From a virus: 64,000 nucleotides of DNA. The notes under the pieces were generated by a model that was given only the letters and a program-made list of their open reading frames with translations, was not told the origin of the DNA and searched no databases. The position numbers and the translations under genes are program-made. The DNA lies in the IMG/VR virus record IMGVR_UViG_3300002461_001194, positions 11,204-75,203 of that record; one strand, 5' to 3'. Shown here one piece after another: positions 8,390-17,228 of this stretch (the stretch's first letter is position 1; each line of letters opens with the position of its first letter).

Positions 8390-9039
8390 TGGCGATAACT
8401 GGCAACTTTGGCCGACTGACTGTGATCAGCGACACCGGCAGCGGGAAGTTCGTCATGTGTCGCTGCTCATGCGGACAAACAAAAAGCATCCGAAGGTATT
8501 CTCTGACATCCGGCAACACCAAGTCATGCGGCTGCTTGCTACGCGATGTGAGCGCCACGCATGGGCACACGCGTCCGACCGTAGAGAGAAAGTCAGGAGA
8601 GTACAGTTCGTGGGATCACATGATCCAGCGCTGCACAAACTCGCGCAATAAGTACTTCGTGAATTACGGTGGCAGAGGAATCAAAGTCTGCGAGCGGTGG
8701 CGCGACAGCTTCGAAGCGTTTCTTGAGGACATGGGTAGCAAGCCATCTCCCAAGCACTCCATCGACCGGATCGACAACGACGGCAACTACGAGCCCGGAA
8801 ATTGCAGATGGGCCACGCGGGCAGAGCAAATGCTCAACCAGCGAGTCACCGTCCACGTCGACTGGGGTGGCGAGAAAATTCCGCTCGCATCCTTGGCTCG
8901 GTCGTTTGGGGCATGTCCGAAGGTGGTTGATGCGCGACTGCGCAAGGGGTGGGAACTGAATCGCGCCCTTATGACGCCGGTAGATAAGACGCGATCGCGT
9001 ACGGGGCCGCGTCGGTCTAGGCAGGAGGCGCTGCAATGA
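8389..9039 (+). CDS. HNH homing endonuclease (Cys-rich type)
   Basis: FGRLTV...CRCSCG...SCGC; YGGRGIKVCERW; SIDRIDNDGNYEPGNCRWAT. Confidence 0.9.
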   Translation: MAITGNFGRLTVISDTGSGKFVMCRCSCGQTKSIRRYSLTSGNTKSCGCLLRDVSATHGHTRPTVERKSGEYSSWDHMIQRCTNSRNKYFVNYGGRGIKVCERWRDSFEAFLEDMGSKPSPKHSIDRIDNDGNYEPGNCRWATRAEQMLNQRVTVHVDWGGEKIPLASLARSFGACPKVVDARLRKGWELNRALMTPVDKTRSRTGPRRSRQEALQ

Positions 9040-9341
9040 GCCCCAACGAGATCAAGATCCTCACCTACTTGGTCACCTCTGACCAGCCCTACTGCAAGTA
9101 CGAGGACATCATCAATCATGTCTGGGGTGACATCCGCCTCGAGGACAGGATGAACAGCCTCAAGGTTACGGTCTGTTATGCCCGAAACCATTTCAAAGAG
9201 TACGGCATCCAAGTCCTTTCAATCAGAGATGTTGGATACGGGATTGATCTGAAGGACCACGCGAAAGCGCGTTCTATCCTCGCGGAAATTATCAAACGTA
9301 AGACGGGTGTGGATGTGCCTTGGGCGGAGCGCGCAGCATGA
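9036..9341 (+). CDS. Stand-alone OmpR-type winged-helix domain
   Basis: EDIINHVWG...SLKVTVCYAR...SIRDVGY; no receiver domain. Confidence 0.7.
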   Translation: MSPNEIKILTYLVTSDQPYCKYEDIINHVWGDIRLEDRMNSLKVTVCYARNHFKEYGIQVLSIRDVGYGIDLKDHAKARSILAEIIKRKTGVDVPWAERAA

Positions 9342-9886
9342 TCATCGGACTTAGCGGCCTCGCAGGCTCAGGCAAAACGACGGTCGGCAACATCCTCGTG
9401 CGCGAACATGGCTTCGTGCGGAGACCATTCGCTTATCCCCTCAAGTCGATGATCGCCGCCTTGGGCTTTGATCGCGAAGTTCTCGACGGGCCATCTGCTG
9501 GCAAAGAGCTTCCGTTGGAATTGTTCGGCGGTCGATCGCTTCGCGAAGCGATGCAGACGCTCGGCACGGAGTGGGGGCGCGCTCAGTTCGGCGACGACTT
9601 CTGGATCAAGATGTGGATGCGCGGTCTTTCTGCGCTCGGCTCACATGTAGTGGCAGACGATGTTCGCTTTGAGAACGAGGCAAACGCCGTCCGAGCCGCT
9701 GGCGGAATCGTGGTGCGCCTCAATCGCAGTGGCGCAGGCGCCCGTATGGGATCGGCGCATTCGTCTGAACTGGTCGATCTGATTAAGGCCGATCACGTGC
9801 TTAGCAATGATCTGCCGATGGAAGATTTGAAGCGTGCTGTTGCAGACCTGATTAGCGCCGACGTGCGCGACCGCCGCGTGGCGTAG
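9338..9886 (+). CDS. Deoxynucleoside monophosphate kinase
   Basis: IIGLSGLAGSGKT; REAMQTLGTEWGR; VVADDVRFENEA. Confidence 0.9.
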   Translation: MIIGLSGLAGSGKTTVGNILVREHGFVRRPFAYPLKSMIAALGFDREVLDGPSAGKELPLELFGGRSLREAMQTLGTEWGRAQFGDDFWIKMWMRGLSALGSHVVADDVRFENEANAVRAAGGIVVRLNRSGAGARMGSAHSSELVDLIKADHVLSNDLPMEDLKRAVADLISADVRDRRVA

Positions 9887-9912
9887 ACATTTCTCCAATC
9901 AGGAAAACACCA

Positions 9913-10506
9913 ATGGGAATTAACTGGACCGACGACATCATTGAGAGACTGAAAGAGCACAAGGACAACGGCCTTGCTGCGTCTGAGAGCTCAGCCAAGC
10001 TCTCGGCAGAGTTCGGCATCGACTTCACGCGCAACATGGTGATCGCGAAACGTCACCGTTTAGGCTTGACCTGCGGTGTTGATGAGATGCGGCACAATTC
10101 GCGCAGGGCAGCGTTGAAGCGGCACAAGCAAGCTCGAGTCCAGACCGGAGCGCCTGAGCCTACGCGAGTCCGCAAGCCATCCTCCTTCACCGTCACGAGC
10201 AATAAGACAGGCCTATTCGTTCTCGGCGAGAACATCGCAAAGGAACCGCTGCCCAAGCCGGAGATGCCGGAAGACTTCCCAGATCGCGTCACGATGAAAG
10301 CGCTGACGAAAACGTCGTGTAGGTGGCCGATCGGGGATCCGCAGCACGAGGACTTCGGGTTTTGTGGAGTCACAGCCGTGCCCGGCTTGCCATATTGCGA
10401 GCCACACGCCCGCCGTGCATATCAGCCGACGCAGTCCAAGCAGCGCGCTCCGGTAGCGAACAACTACCCAATAGTGCAAGCGATGAAGGAGCCGGTCGAT
10501 GCCTAG
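9913..10506 (+). CDS. gcrA: GcrA cell-cycle regulator homolog
   Basis: N-domain WTDDIIERLK...TRNMVIAKRHRLGL and C-domain CRWPIGDP...FGFCG...PYCEPHARRAY. Confidence 0.9.
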   Translation: MGINWTDDIIERLKEHKDNGLAASESSAKLSAEFGIDFTRNMVIAKRHRLGLTCGVDEMRHNSRRAALKRHKQARVQTGAPEPTRVRKPSSFTVTSNKTGLFVLGENIAKEPLPKPEMPEDFPDRVTMKALTKTSCRWPIGDPQHEDFGFCGVTAVPGLPYCEPHARRAYQPTQSKQRAPVANNYPIVQAMKEPVDA

Positions 10507-11158
10507 ATTTAAAGATCTATCTGGTCTGCGATTTGGGCGTCTTACTGCAAAAAGCAGGGCGAAGGGCGCCTTCAGTGTGGTTCATTGGGATTGCGAGTGC
10601 GATTGCGGAACTCAGCGCACCTTGCCAGCTGGCAGCCTTACCAAGGGGCTCACGCGATCGTGCGGCTGCCTTAACGACGAAGTGCGCAGACAAAAGAAAA
10701 AATTGGTTTGTTACACCGACACGCCAACACACAAAATATGGGAACGCATGCTTGCGCGCTGCCGCTACAGCTGCGTCAAAGGCTGGTCCCGCTACGGCGG
10801 CCGCGGCATCACTGTCTGCGAGAGGTGGCAAAAATTTGCGAACTTTCTTGCAGACATGGGTGAACGGCCGTCCACGAAACACTCAATCGACCGCATCAAC
10901 AATGACGGCAACTACGAACCGGGTAATTGCCGTTGGGCCACAACCAAGGTTCAGGCGAACAACCGGAGCAACAATAGGCTGCTGACGGTCAATGGTGTGA
11001 GCCGCACGTTGCAGCAGTGGGCTGATGAGCGCGGGATTGGCGACTCCACAATAAGAGAGCGACTGCGGTGGGGCTGGACGGTGCGCGATGCGGTGATGAC
11101 ACCTCCGCAATTTCGTGGTCGAGCGGTCGTCAATGCAAGGAACAGAGCACAATCTTAG
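10499..11158 (+). CDS. HNH homing endonuclease, paralog of 8389-9039
   Basis: RFGRLTA...CECDCG...SCGC; YGGRGITVCERW; SIDRINNDGNYEPGNCRWAT. Confidence 0.9.
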   Translation: MPRFKDLSGLRFGRLTAKSRAKGAFSVVHWDCECDCGTQRTLPAGSLTKGLTRSCGCLNDEVRRQKKKLVCYTDTPTHKIWERMLARCRYSCVKGWSRYGGRGITVCERWQKFANFLADMGERPSTKHSIDRINNDGNYEPGNCRWATTKVQANNRSNNRLLTVNGVSRTLQQWADERGIGDSTIRERLRWGWTVRDAVMTPPQFRGRAVVNARNRAQS

Positions 11159-11247
11159 AACTCGCAGCGCTCCACCCGTGCGGGACATCGAGCGCTAGCG
11201 GTACGCGTTACGTGCGTGAAACATCATCAACACTGAGGGAATTGGAA

Positions 11248-11901
11248 ATGAAGCTTAAAGCAATCGTAGTGGCTCTGATGGCAGGACTACTGGCAACGCC
11301 AGCCCTAGCCCAAGAGCCGAAGACGTCGTGGACGGGGTTCTATGTGGGCGTGACAGGCGGGCTTGATATGCCGACCGCCGACCTGCGTTATGATCCGGGC
11401 TTCTTCGGCCCGTACCACGCTGATCGTATGACGGGGAACGGGCTTTCCTACGGCGTCACGATCGGCGCCGACTACCACATCCCAGGCTCGTTTGTCGTTG
11501 TTGGCGTCGGCGCTGACCATGTGTGGTCGGACGCGGCCATGAGTTTCGCGATGCCGCTCGGTACGACGGGTGCGGCCAGCCTCGAGAAGTCGTGGGCTGT
11601 GTTCGGCCGCCTCGGCGTGGTCATGGGCAACGCGATGCCCTACGTGCTCGCCGGCTACACGCAGGCCGACGCCAAGGCTGCCGGGACGTTCCTATGGTCT
11701 GGCGGCGGCGGGTCCGAAACCCTGAAGGGCTGGATGGCTGGCGGCGGCATCGAGTTCATGCTGACGCAGAACATCAGCCTCGCGGGCGAGTACCGCTTCA
11801 CGAGGTTTGACGACCTCTCGTTGGCGGGCGGCGATCTCACGATTGACCCGGAGCGCCACGAGATGCGTGCGACCCTGAAGTACAAAGCGAACTTCTTCTA
11901 A
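11248..11901 (+). CDS. Outer-membrane beta-barrel, Omp25/Omp31/RopB type
   Basis: Signal peptide ending ALA-Q; SWTGFYVG; GWMAGGGIEF; AGEYRFTRF; terminal Phe. Confidence 0.9.
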   Translation: MKLKAIVVALMAGLLATPALAQEPKTSWTGFYVGVTGGLDMPTADLRYDPGFFGPYHADRMTGNGLSYGVTIGADYHIPGSFVVVGVGADHVWSDAAMSFAMPLGTTGAASLEKSWAVFGRLGVVMGNAMPYVLAGYTQADAKAAGTFLWSGGGGSETLKGWMAGGGIEFMLTQNISLAGEYRFTRFDDLSLAGGDLTIDPERHEMRATLKYKANFF

Positions 11902-11918
11902 CTGAAAGGAGGGACAAC

Positions 11919-11950
11919 GGCGCCAAGCGAAGCCGCTTTCGTTTGGCGCC
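11919..11950 (+). terminator. Hairpin after the porin gene
   Basis: GGCGCCAAGCGAA / TTCGTTTGGCGCC. Confidence 0.5.
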
Positions 11951-11985
11951 GCCCCTTACGGAACAAACAAACCATGGGGTGTGCG

Positions 11986-12318
11986 ATGAGAACCAGAGAC
12001 AAGCTAGCAGCGGAATTGCGGAAGATCGCCGAGATCGCTGGTCCGACCAACGCTGAGCGCTATGAGGCGTTCGCGAAGCGCGCCGAGACCGGCGAGTTCG
12101 ATGACTTCGGCAGCATGTACGACTGCCCGATCACGCAATTACATAGCGAGTTGACGGCGGCTGGCTTCACCAAGTTCGCGGCCCGCGTTGCGAATGGCGA
12201 GTTCGACGCCACCAAGGAAGATAGCGACGAGTGGGCGCGTAGTCCCGACGGACAAGCCATCGCCAAGGAACTGTCCCCCGAGATGCGTCGCGTTCTCGGC
12301 ATGGACCTGAACCATTGA
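11986..12318 (+). CDS. Hypothetical protein
   Basis: 110 aa with protein-like composition. Confidence 0.7.
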   Translation: MRTRDKLAAELRKIAEIAGPTNAERYEAFAKRAETGEFDDFGSMYDCPITQLHSELTAAGFTKFAARVANGEFDATKEDSDEWARSPDGQAIAKELSPEMRRVLGMDLNH

Positions 12319-12326
12319 GGATGACC

Positions 12327-13178
12327 ATGCGCGCACGGCGTTGGAGCGATAACGATCATTATTTTGGGCCGTTCACTTACGCCAAGGCGGAGGGCGAGCA
12401 CGCCTACCGCCCTTGGGCCATCATCTTATCATCCGGTGATGATGACGATCGGCGCGGCAATAGCCTGCGCATTAGCGGCTTTTCGAGAACCTTGATCATC
12501 GCCCTGCCGCGCATCATCAGGCCATGGCGGAAATGGGTCGACACGACCAAGTACGAGTGGTCCACAAATCCGAGGGGTGGCTATTGGGATGTTCATCGCC
12601 GCGACTTCGGGTTTTCGTTTTCCAGGAGTGGGTCCATCGGCGACTCTGTGTTTCTGCACGTCTCATACGGTGCGCGGACGCACGACAGCAGCACTGACAT
12701 GGATTGGGGCTATACCCTGCCGTGGACTAGCTGGCGTCACGTTCGCCGCAGCCTGTACGATTTGGATGGCGCGCACTATTGGACGGAGCCGGAACGCCTC
12801 GGTTACGGCCATGATGGGCATGTGGTGCGCAAGGCGGCTGAGGAAGGATGCCCATCGCGCACGTTCGCATTCGCGGATTTCGATGGCGATGAATTGACGG
12901 CGCGGACACGCATTGAAGAACGCGAGTGGCGGTTTGGTGCGGGCTGGTTCAAGTGGCTATCCATCTTCCGCAAGCCAATGGTTACGCGCTCGCTGGATAT
13001 TTGGTTCTCCGGCGAGACCGGCAAGCGCAAAGGGTCATGGAAGGGCGGCACAATCGGGCACAGCATCGACATGCTTCCCGGCGAACTGCACGAGGCTGCC
13101 TTCCGCCGCTACTGCGCCGAGCACAACATGACGTTCAATGGCGAAGTTCCGCCCCTTGACACGCAGGTTAGTGTGTAA
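12327..13178 (+). CDS. Trp-rich hypothetical protein
   Basis: 283 aa; GAGG SD 6 nt upstream. Confidence 0.75.
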   Translation: MRARRWSDNDHYFGPFTYAKAEGEHAYRPWAIILSSGDDDDRRGNSLRISGFSRTLIIALPRIIRPWRKWVDTTKYEWSTNPRGGYWDVHRRDFGFSFSRSGSIGDSVFLHVSYGARTHDSSTDMDWGYTLPWTSWRHVRRSLYDLDGAHYWTEPERLGYGHDGHVVRKAAEEGCPSRTFAFADFDGDELTARTRIEEREWRFGAGWFKWLSIFRKPMVTRSLDIWFSGETGKRKGSWKGGTIGHSIDMLPGELHEAAFRRYCAEHNMTFNGEVPPLDTQVSV

Positions 13179-13195
13179 GTCAGGAGGATTTCACC

Positions 13196-13495
13196 ATGGC
13201 CAAAGAGTGGAACACGATTGAGGAAGCGATGGACTGGCTTCGCTCCCTCCTGATTGCAGAGCATCGTGTCGAGTGGGTACGCGAAGAAGCCGCACGGGTA
13301 GGCAAGATGATAGGCGGCGATCTTGAAAGCGTCGCCGGCAGCATTGAGCACTACGACGGCCATGCGGCGAACGAAGCGGAGGGGACGGAGGATTGCCCGG
13401 CATTCGACTTCGCGTGGCTGCGGTTCAATTTCCAGGGCGGCATAGCGCATCCGATCCATCTCAGGATTACGCACGGGGGAGACACCGTAGCATGA
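13196..13495 (+). CDS. Hypothetical protein
   Basis: AGGAGG SD; ATGA overlap downstream. Confidence 0.75.
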   Translation: MAKEWNTIEEAMDWLRSLLIAEHRVEWVREEAARVGKMIGGDLESVAGSIEHYDGHAANEAEGTEDCPAFDFAWLRFNFQGGIAHPIHLRITHGGDTVA

Positions 13496-13806
13496 CCAAA
13501 TGCACGCACTGTGAGACCTGCGAGGACTTCTTTGAAGCAAACAGAAAGCTCAAGGTCGAAGGCTCTCTAAAGAGCGGTCTCGTCGGAGAACTGAGAGAGC
13601 TTCTTGGCGTCGATCACCTGAAGGGGCAACGGCAATTGGAAGCGGCAGTTGCGGAGGTCAAGCGACTTCAGGGCATCGCGAAGAAGGTGACAGCCAGCAC
13701 CGGCCGCAAGGCCGCGTCTGCCGCAGCGAAAGTTCTCAAAGATCCCAAGGCGAGTATGCACGCGAAGACAGCGGCGGCGTCCATACTGACACATCGAGTG
13801 AAGTGA
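13492..13806 (+). CDS. Hypothetical protein with basic C-terminus
   Basis: ATGA-coupled start at 13492; CxxCxxC N-terminus. Confidence 0.7.
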   Translation: MTKCTHCETCEDFFEANRKLKVEGSLKSGLVGELRELLGVDHLKGQRQLEAAVAEVKRLQGIAKKVTASTGRKAASAAAKVLKDPKASMHAKTAAASILTHRVK

Positions 13807-13843
13807 CGTTCCACGTGCAACACCGTCTGGGGGCAGACCACCT

Positions 13844-14554
13844 GTGAGCAAGAACATAACACGTGAGATCGCCGCATACGTCGGCAAGAAGCGTCCAAAA
13901 AAGGAGCGCCCGCCGCCCCCTGCCCGCGAGCCTGCACCAGGAACGCCGACGCCAGAACGCATCTCAAAGGAATCGGAAGAACTCGCGAAGGTCGTCGTCG
14001 TCCCCGGCAACGCCTACAAGGAGCCTCACGTCGTCCACCGCGTTCAGCTTCCCGTGGATTCCTATCGCCGGCATTTCAAGCAGACGCAGATCGACGCTGC
14101 GGCGATGTTCTGCCATGACGCCATCGCGGCACAGGGCCAGAAGATCACTGCAAACTATGACGGCAGCACACGGAGCACGCCGGGTCCGAGATCAGGTGGC
14201 GTCAACGATCGATGGCGCGAGAGCTACATCCGTTTCCATCATGTTTACGGGGAACTCACGGACGACGAGAAGCTGCTGGCTGACTACCTTGTACTGGGAG
14301 TCAAAAGCGAACTAACGGGGCGGCCCATGTCCATGCCTGAGATCGCGCGCGTACTCGGATCCAACTACGCCGATGACGCAAGCAACGCGAAATTGGGGCT
14401 AGGTCTTCTAAAGGGCACGCTTACCCGCCTCTACCATGAGTACCTGCGCTATCAGGTAGTGACGAGACAGAGTCGCAAGTTATCGGAAATCGAAGAAACC
14501 AACCGGGCCAAAGCCTTGTCCAGCGTCCGCCCTCAATTGAAAGGACCACGCTGA
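13844..14554 (+). CDS. Hypothetical protein at the Q/late-regulator position
   Basis: 236 aa with C-terminal helical HTH-like region, near the end of the early rightward operon; function inferred from position only. Confidence 0.6.
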   Translation: MSKNITREIAAYVGKKRPKKERPPPPAREPAPGTPTPERISKESEELAKVVVVPGNAYKEPHVVHRVQLPVDSYRRHFKQTQIDAAAMFCHDAIAAQGQKITANYDGSTRSTPGPRSGGVNDRWRESYIRFHHVYGELTDDEKLLADYLVLGVKSELTGRPMSMPEIARVLGSNYADDASNAKLGLGLLKGTLTRLYHEYLRYQVVTRQSRKLSEIEETNRAKALSSVRPQLKGPR

Positions 14555-14556
14555 AA

Positions 14557-14841
14557 ATGAAACGCGAAGCCGAAGCTCTCTACCGCGCCTACCTCAATAT
14601 GAAAAGCGCCCACGACGATCTCATGCGCCAGCAAGACGAAGCCATGGGCAGCATGATCGACGCCTTCACCCACTTCTCAGAAGGCCATCACGCGTTGTTC
14701 AACGATCTGTCGTCACGTGTGAACACCGCCCTTGCACGGCTATCGCAGGACATCGCGACGCCGCCTCCGATTCCAGACGAAACAGAGTCCATCTTCGACC
14801 AGCTACGGAGGACATCAACGCCCCCGCAGCATTACTCGTGA
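14557..14841 (+). CDS. Hypothetical coiled-coil protein
   Basis: 94 aa, AAAGGA SD. Confidence 0.7.
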   Translation: MKREAEALYRAYLNMKSAHDDLMRQQDEAMGSMIDAFTHFSEGHHALFNDLSSRVNTALARLSQDIATPPPIPDETESIFDQLRRTSTPPQHYS

Positions 14842-14848
14842 GGCCATC

Positions 14849-15082
14849 ATGACCGACAACGACCTCGGGTGGGACTACTACTTCTACAAGGACGGCGAGC
14901 GCGTTGGTTCGCCTAATGGCTTTGAGAGGGGGTATGATTCGAAAGAGGAAGCGGAGCGCAGCCGAGATGAATGGATACGTGCTCACTGCCGTCCAGGAGA
15001 AACCGTTGACTTGAGAGTTGAACGCATAGCAGGCGCGCGCAGCGCAGGCGAAGGCGTCGATACGCCGAGCCGTCAACCATGA
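14849..15082 (+). CDS. Hypothetical protein
   Basis: MTDNDLGWDYYFY...; GAGG SD. Confidence 0.65.
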   Translation: MTDNDLGWDYYFYKDGERVGSPNGFERGYDSKEEAERSRDEWIRAHCRPGETVDLRVERIAGARSAGEGVDTPSRQP

Positions 15083-15240
15083 CTACAGGCCATCGTCCTC
15101 GCGCCAAAGGCTACACTGTAAAGTATGTAGACGGTAAGGCTGTCTTTGTTCCGGAGAAACCCAAGTTTCGGAAATCGATTGCTCAAAGGAAAGCGGCGCG
15201 GAAAGTGAGGAAGGTCGTGATGGGGAAAAGGTTGATATGA
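15079..15240 (+). CDS. Small basic protein (53 aa)
   Basis: Own translation: MTTGHRPRAKGYTVKYVDGKAVFVPEKPKFRKSIAQRKAARKVRKVVMGKRLI; ATGA overlap; absent from the ORF track. Confidence 0.6.
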   Translation: MTTGHRPRAKGYTVKYVDGKAVFVPEKPKFRKSIAQRKAARKVRKVVMGKRLI

Positions 15241-15269
15241 GCGTAGCGAACACCATATAGATCGAGATT

Positions 15270-15341
15270 GACGATGGGTAGGTCCAGGCGGGGAACTTCA
15301 AATCCTGCGGTCAGAGGGTTCAACTCCCTCCGTCGTCACCA
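15270..15341 (+). tRNA. Atypical tRNA-like element, UCA anticodon loop, collapsed D-arm, encoded CCA
   Basis: Acceptor GACGATG/CGTCGTC + A + CCA; T-arm GAGGG-TTCAACT-CCCTC; loop CTTCAAA; only 11 nt between acceptor and anticodon stems. Confidence 0.65.
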
Positions 15342-15447
15342 CTGTGGAGATGCGATGATGACCTGAATGCACCATTGAAGCTCGCCAACGCGGCCCGCCG
15401 CTTCTCCTGGATTTCCACGATTTGGATCAACCCAGGAGATAACCATC

Positions 15448-15888
15448 ATGAAAGCCTATCTACGCATCAAGATTAAAAGCCTCGCCACCGAAGCCGCTAT
15501 CATTCGTCATGCCGAGAAGCATTGGCTCGAACGAGGGCGCTACTGCTACCTTCGGAGCTGTGTGTTCTCCATTGACGATTTGGCTCCACGAGACGGCAGG
15601 AAGGCTGCATCCGTCCGCGCCTATACGACCTTCCGAGGACTCCAAGATCATCGGCACGGCATCGCCATCGAGCAGCGTGCCGCCCTGATTGCCTACGGGT
15701 TTTTGCGCGGCAAGCACTATCGCCACATTGAACGCGACCCCCATTGTCTCAAACCGCCATTCAGCCGCCAAAGCCCGGACTGGTCGCGCGTGAGGGATCT
15801 GATCCTGAAGTACGGCGAGGGCGCGCACGGCGAAAAAAATGCCGTCTGGGATAAGGTGAAGGCGTGGCGCGACCATCGACCGAACTAG
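15448..15888 (+). CDS. Conserved phage hypothetical protein
   Basis: 146 aa, AGGAG SD, LRIKIKSLATEAAIIR N-terminus. Confidence 0.75.
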   Translation: MKAYLRIKIKSLATEAAIIRHAEKHWLERGRYCYLRSCVFSIDDLAPRDGRKAASVRAYTTFRGLQDHRHGIAIEQRAALIAYGFLRGKHYRHIERDPHCLKPPFSRQSPDWSRVRDLILKYGEGAHGEKNAVWDKVKAWRDHRPN

Positions 15889-15900
15889 CTCGCGCGACAC

Positions 15901-15938
15901 AAAAAAACCCGGCGCGGGGGATAAGCTCGGCCGGGTTT
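15901..15938 (-). terminator. Bidirectional hairpin (may also be the IS605 left-end hairpin)
   Basis: AAACCCGGC (15905-15913) / GCCGGGTTT (15930-15938), with an A run giving a U tail on the minus strand. Confidence 0.55.
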
Positions 15939-15964
15939 GGTTACGGTAAGGCTTGCAGATATAA

Positions 15965-17167
15965 ATGCTAATCCAGCGCGCCAACCAGTATCGGCTTGAA
16001 TTAACGTCTGAGCAGGCTGAAACGCTTGCCGAGTGGGTTGGGGCCTGCCGCTTTGTCTATAACTCAGCGCTTGAGCAGCGGCGAGACTGGTACAGGCATG
16101 GGAAGTTTTCTTTTGCCCAGCAGTGCCGCGAACTCACGGACTGCCGCGCTGCGTTCGACTGGCTTGCTGCTGTGCCTTCTCAAGCACTGCAGCAGGCTCT
16201 CCACGATCTTGACGCTGCCTATCAACTGTTCTTCGCTGGTCGTTCTGGCTATCCTCGACTGCGTCGAAAGGACGGTGACGAAGGTTTCCGGTTGCCTGAG
16301 CCGCGCCATCTCGGTTTTAAGCGCCTCTCGAAGCGCATGGGCGCGGTGAAGGTGCCAAAGCTCGGGTGGCTTAAGGTGAGAAACTGGCGGCCACTCGGAG
16401 GCGAACTGCGAAGTGTAACAATTCGGCGCAAGGCCGGACACTGGTACGCATCGATCCGATGGCAGCGCGAGGTTGGAGATCCGCCACAGAAGAACGGCCC
16501 GACTGTTGGCGTTGATCGAGGTGTGGCCCTATTTGCTGCTCTGTCAGACGGGACAAGAGTCGAGTCACTTCATTCATTTCGAAGTATTGAGAAACGTCTG
16601 GCGAAGCTACAGCGCCGCATGTCTCGAAAGCAGAAATTCTCGGCCAACTGGATCAAGCAGAAGGCCAAGATCAGCCGCCTGTATTCGCACGCGGCGAACG
16701 CTCGCAAGGACTTCCTGCACAAGCAGTCGACGATCATCGCCGAGAGCCAAGGCGTCGTGAAGATCGAACGGCTGAACGTGCGGGGTATGTCAGCGAGCGC
16801 TAAGGGCACCGTCGAAGAGCCGGGGCGCAAGGTGCGCGCCAAGTCTGGCTTGAACAAGTCGATCCTCGACCAGGGGTGGCACATGTTTAAGACGATGCTC
16901 GCCTACAAGCTCGCCGAGCGCGGCGGAAGGCTTGAGGAAGTTCCGGCTGCATACACGAGCCAGACGTGCGCCGAGTGTGGCGTTGTGGATCGAGAAAGCC
17001 GGAAGGATCAGGCGACGTTCGAATGTGGCCATTGCGGTCACGCTGACAACGCAGACGTAAATGCTGCGCGCAACATACTTCAGGCCAGGGCATTGGCCGT
17101 TGAGCCTCCCAAGCGAATCCTAAGACGGGTCGGCAAGAGGAAGCAGAAACAGGAGGTCTCATCATGA
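15965..17167 (+). CDS. tnpB: IS200/IS605 TnpB RNA-guided endonuclease
   Basis: N-terminal HTH, RuvC-I GVDRG, RuvC-II KIERL, Zn ribbon SQTCAECG...CGHCG, RuvC-III NADVNAARNI. Confidence 0.95.
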   Translation: MLIQRANQYRLELTSEQAETLAEWVGACRFVYNSALEQRRDWYRHGKFSFAQQCRELTDCRAAFDWLAAVPSQALQQALHDLDAAYQLFFAGRSGYPRLRRKDGDEGFRLPEPRHLGFKRLSKRMGAVKVPKLGWLKVRNWRPLGGELRSVTIRRKAGHWYASIRWQREVGDPPQKNGPTVGVDRGVALFAALSDGTRVESLHSFRSIEKRLAKLQRRMSRKQKFSANWIKQKAKISRLYSHAANARKDFLHKQSTIIAESQGVVKIERLNVRGMSASAKGTVEEPGRKVRAKSGLNKSILDQGWHMFKTMLAYKLAERGGRLEEVPAAYTSQTCAECGVVDRESRKDQATFECGHCGHADNADVNAARNILQARALAVEPPKRILRRVGKRKQKQEVSS

Positions 17168-17181
17168 TGACCAAATGGAAA

Positions 17182-17216
17182 TCCCCCCGGCCAGAGGGCC
17201 GGGGGGAGCTTGCCAA
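17182..17216 (+). mobile_element. IS605-type right end / omegaRNA scaffold end
   Basis: Perfect 11-bp hairpin TCCCCCCGGCC-AGAG-GGCCGGGGGGA, then GCTTGCCAA. Confidence 0.7.
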
Positions 17217-17228
17217 GCTAGGTTACGC

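Noticed and set aside
15270-15341. Canonical tRNA-Sec or tRNA-Trp
   Set aside because: No long variable arm or extended D-stem, discriminator is A, and no sel genes are in the window.
15965-17167. TnpB as a nuclease-dead TldR-type repressor
   Set aside because: All three RuvC acidic residues are present.
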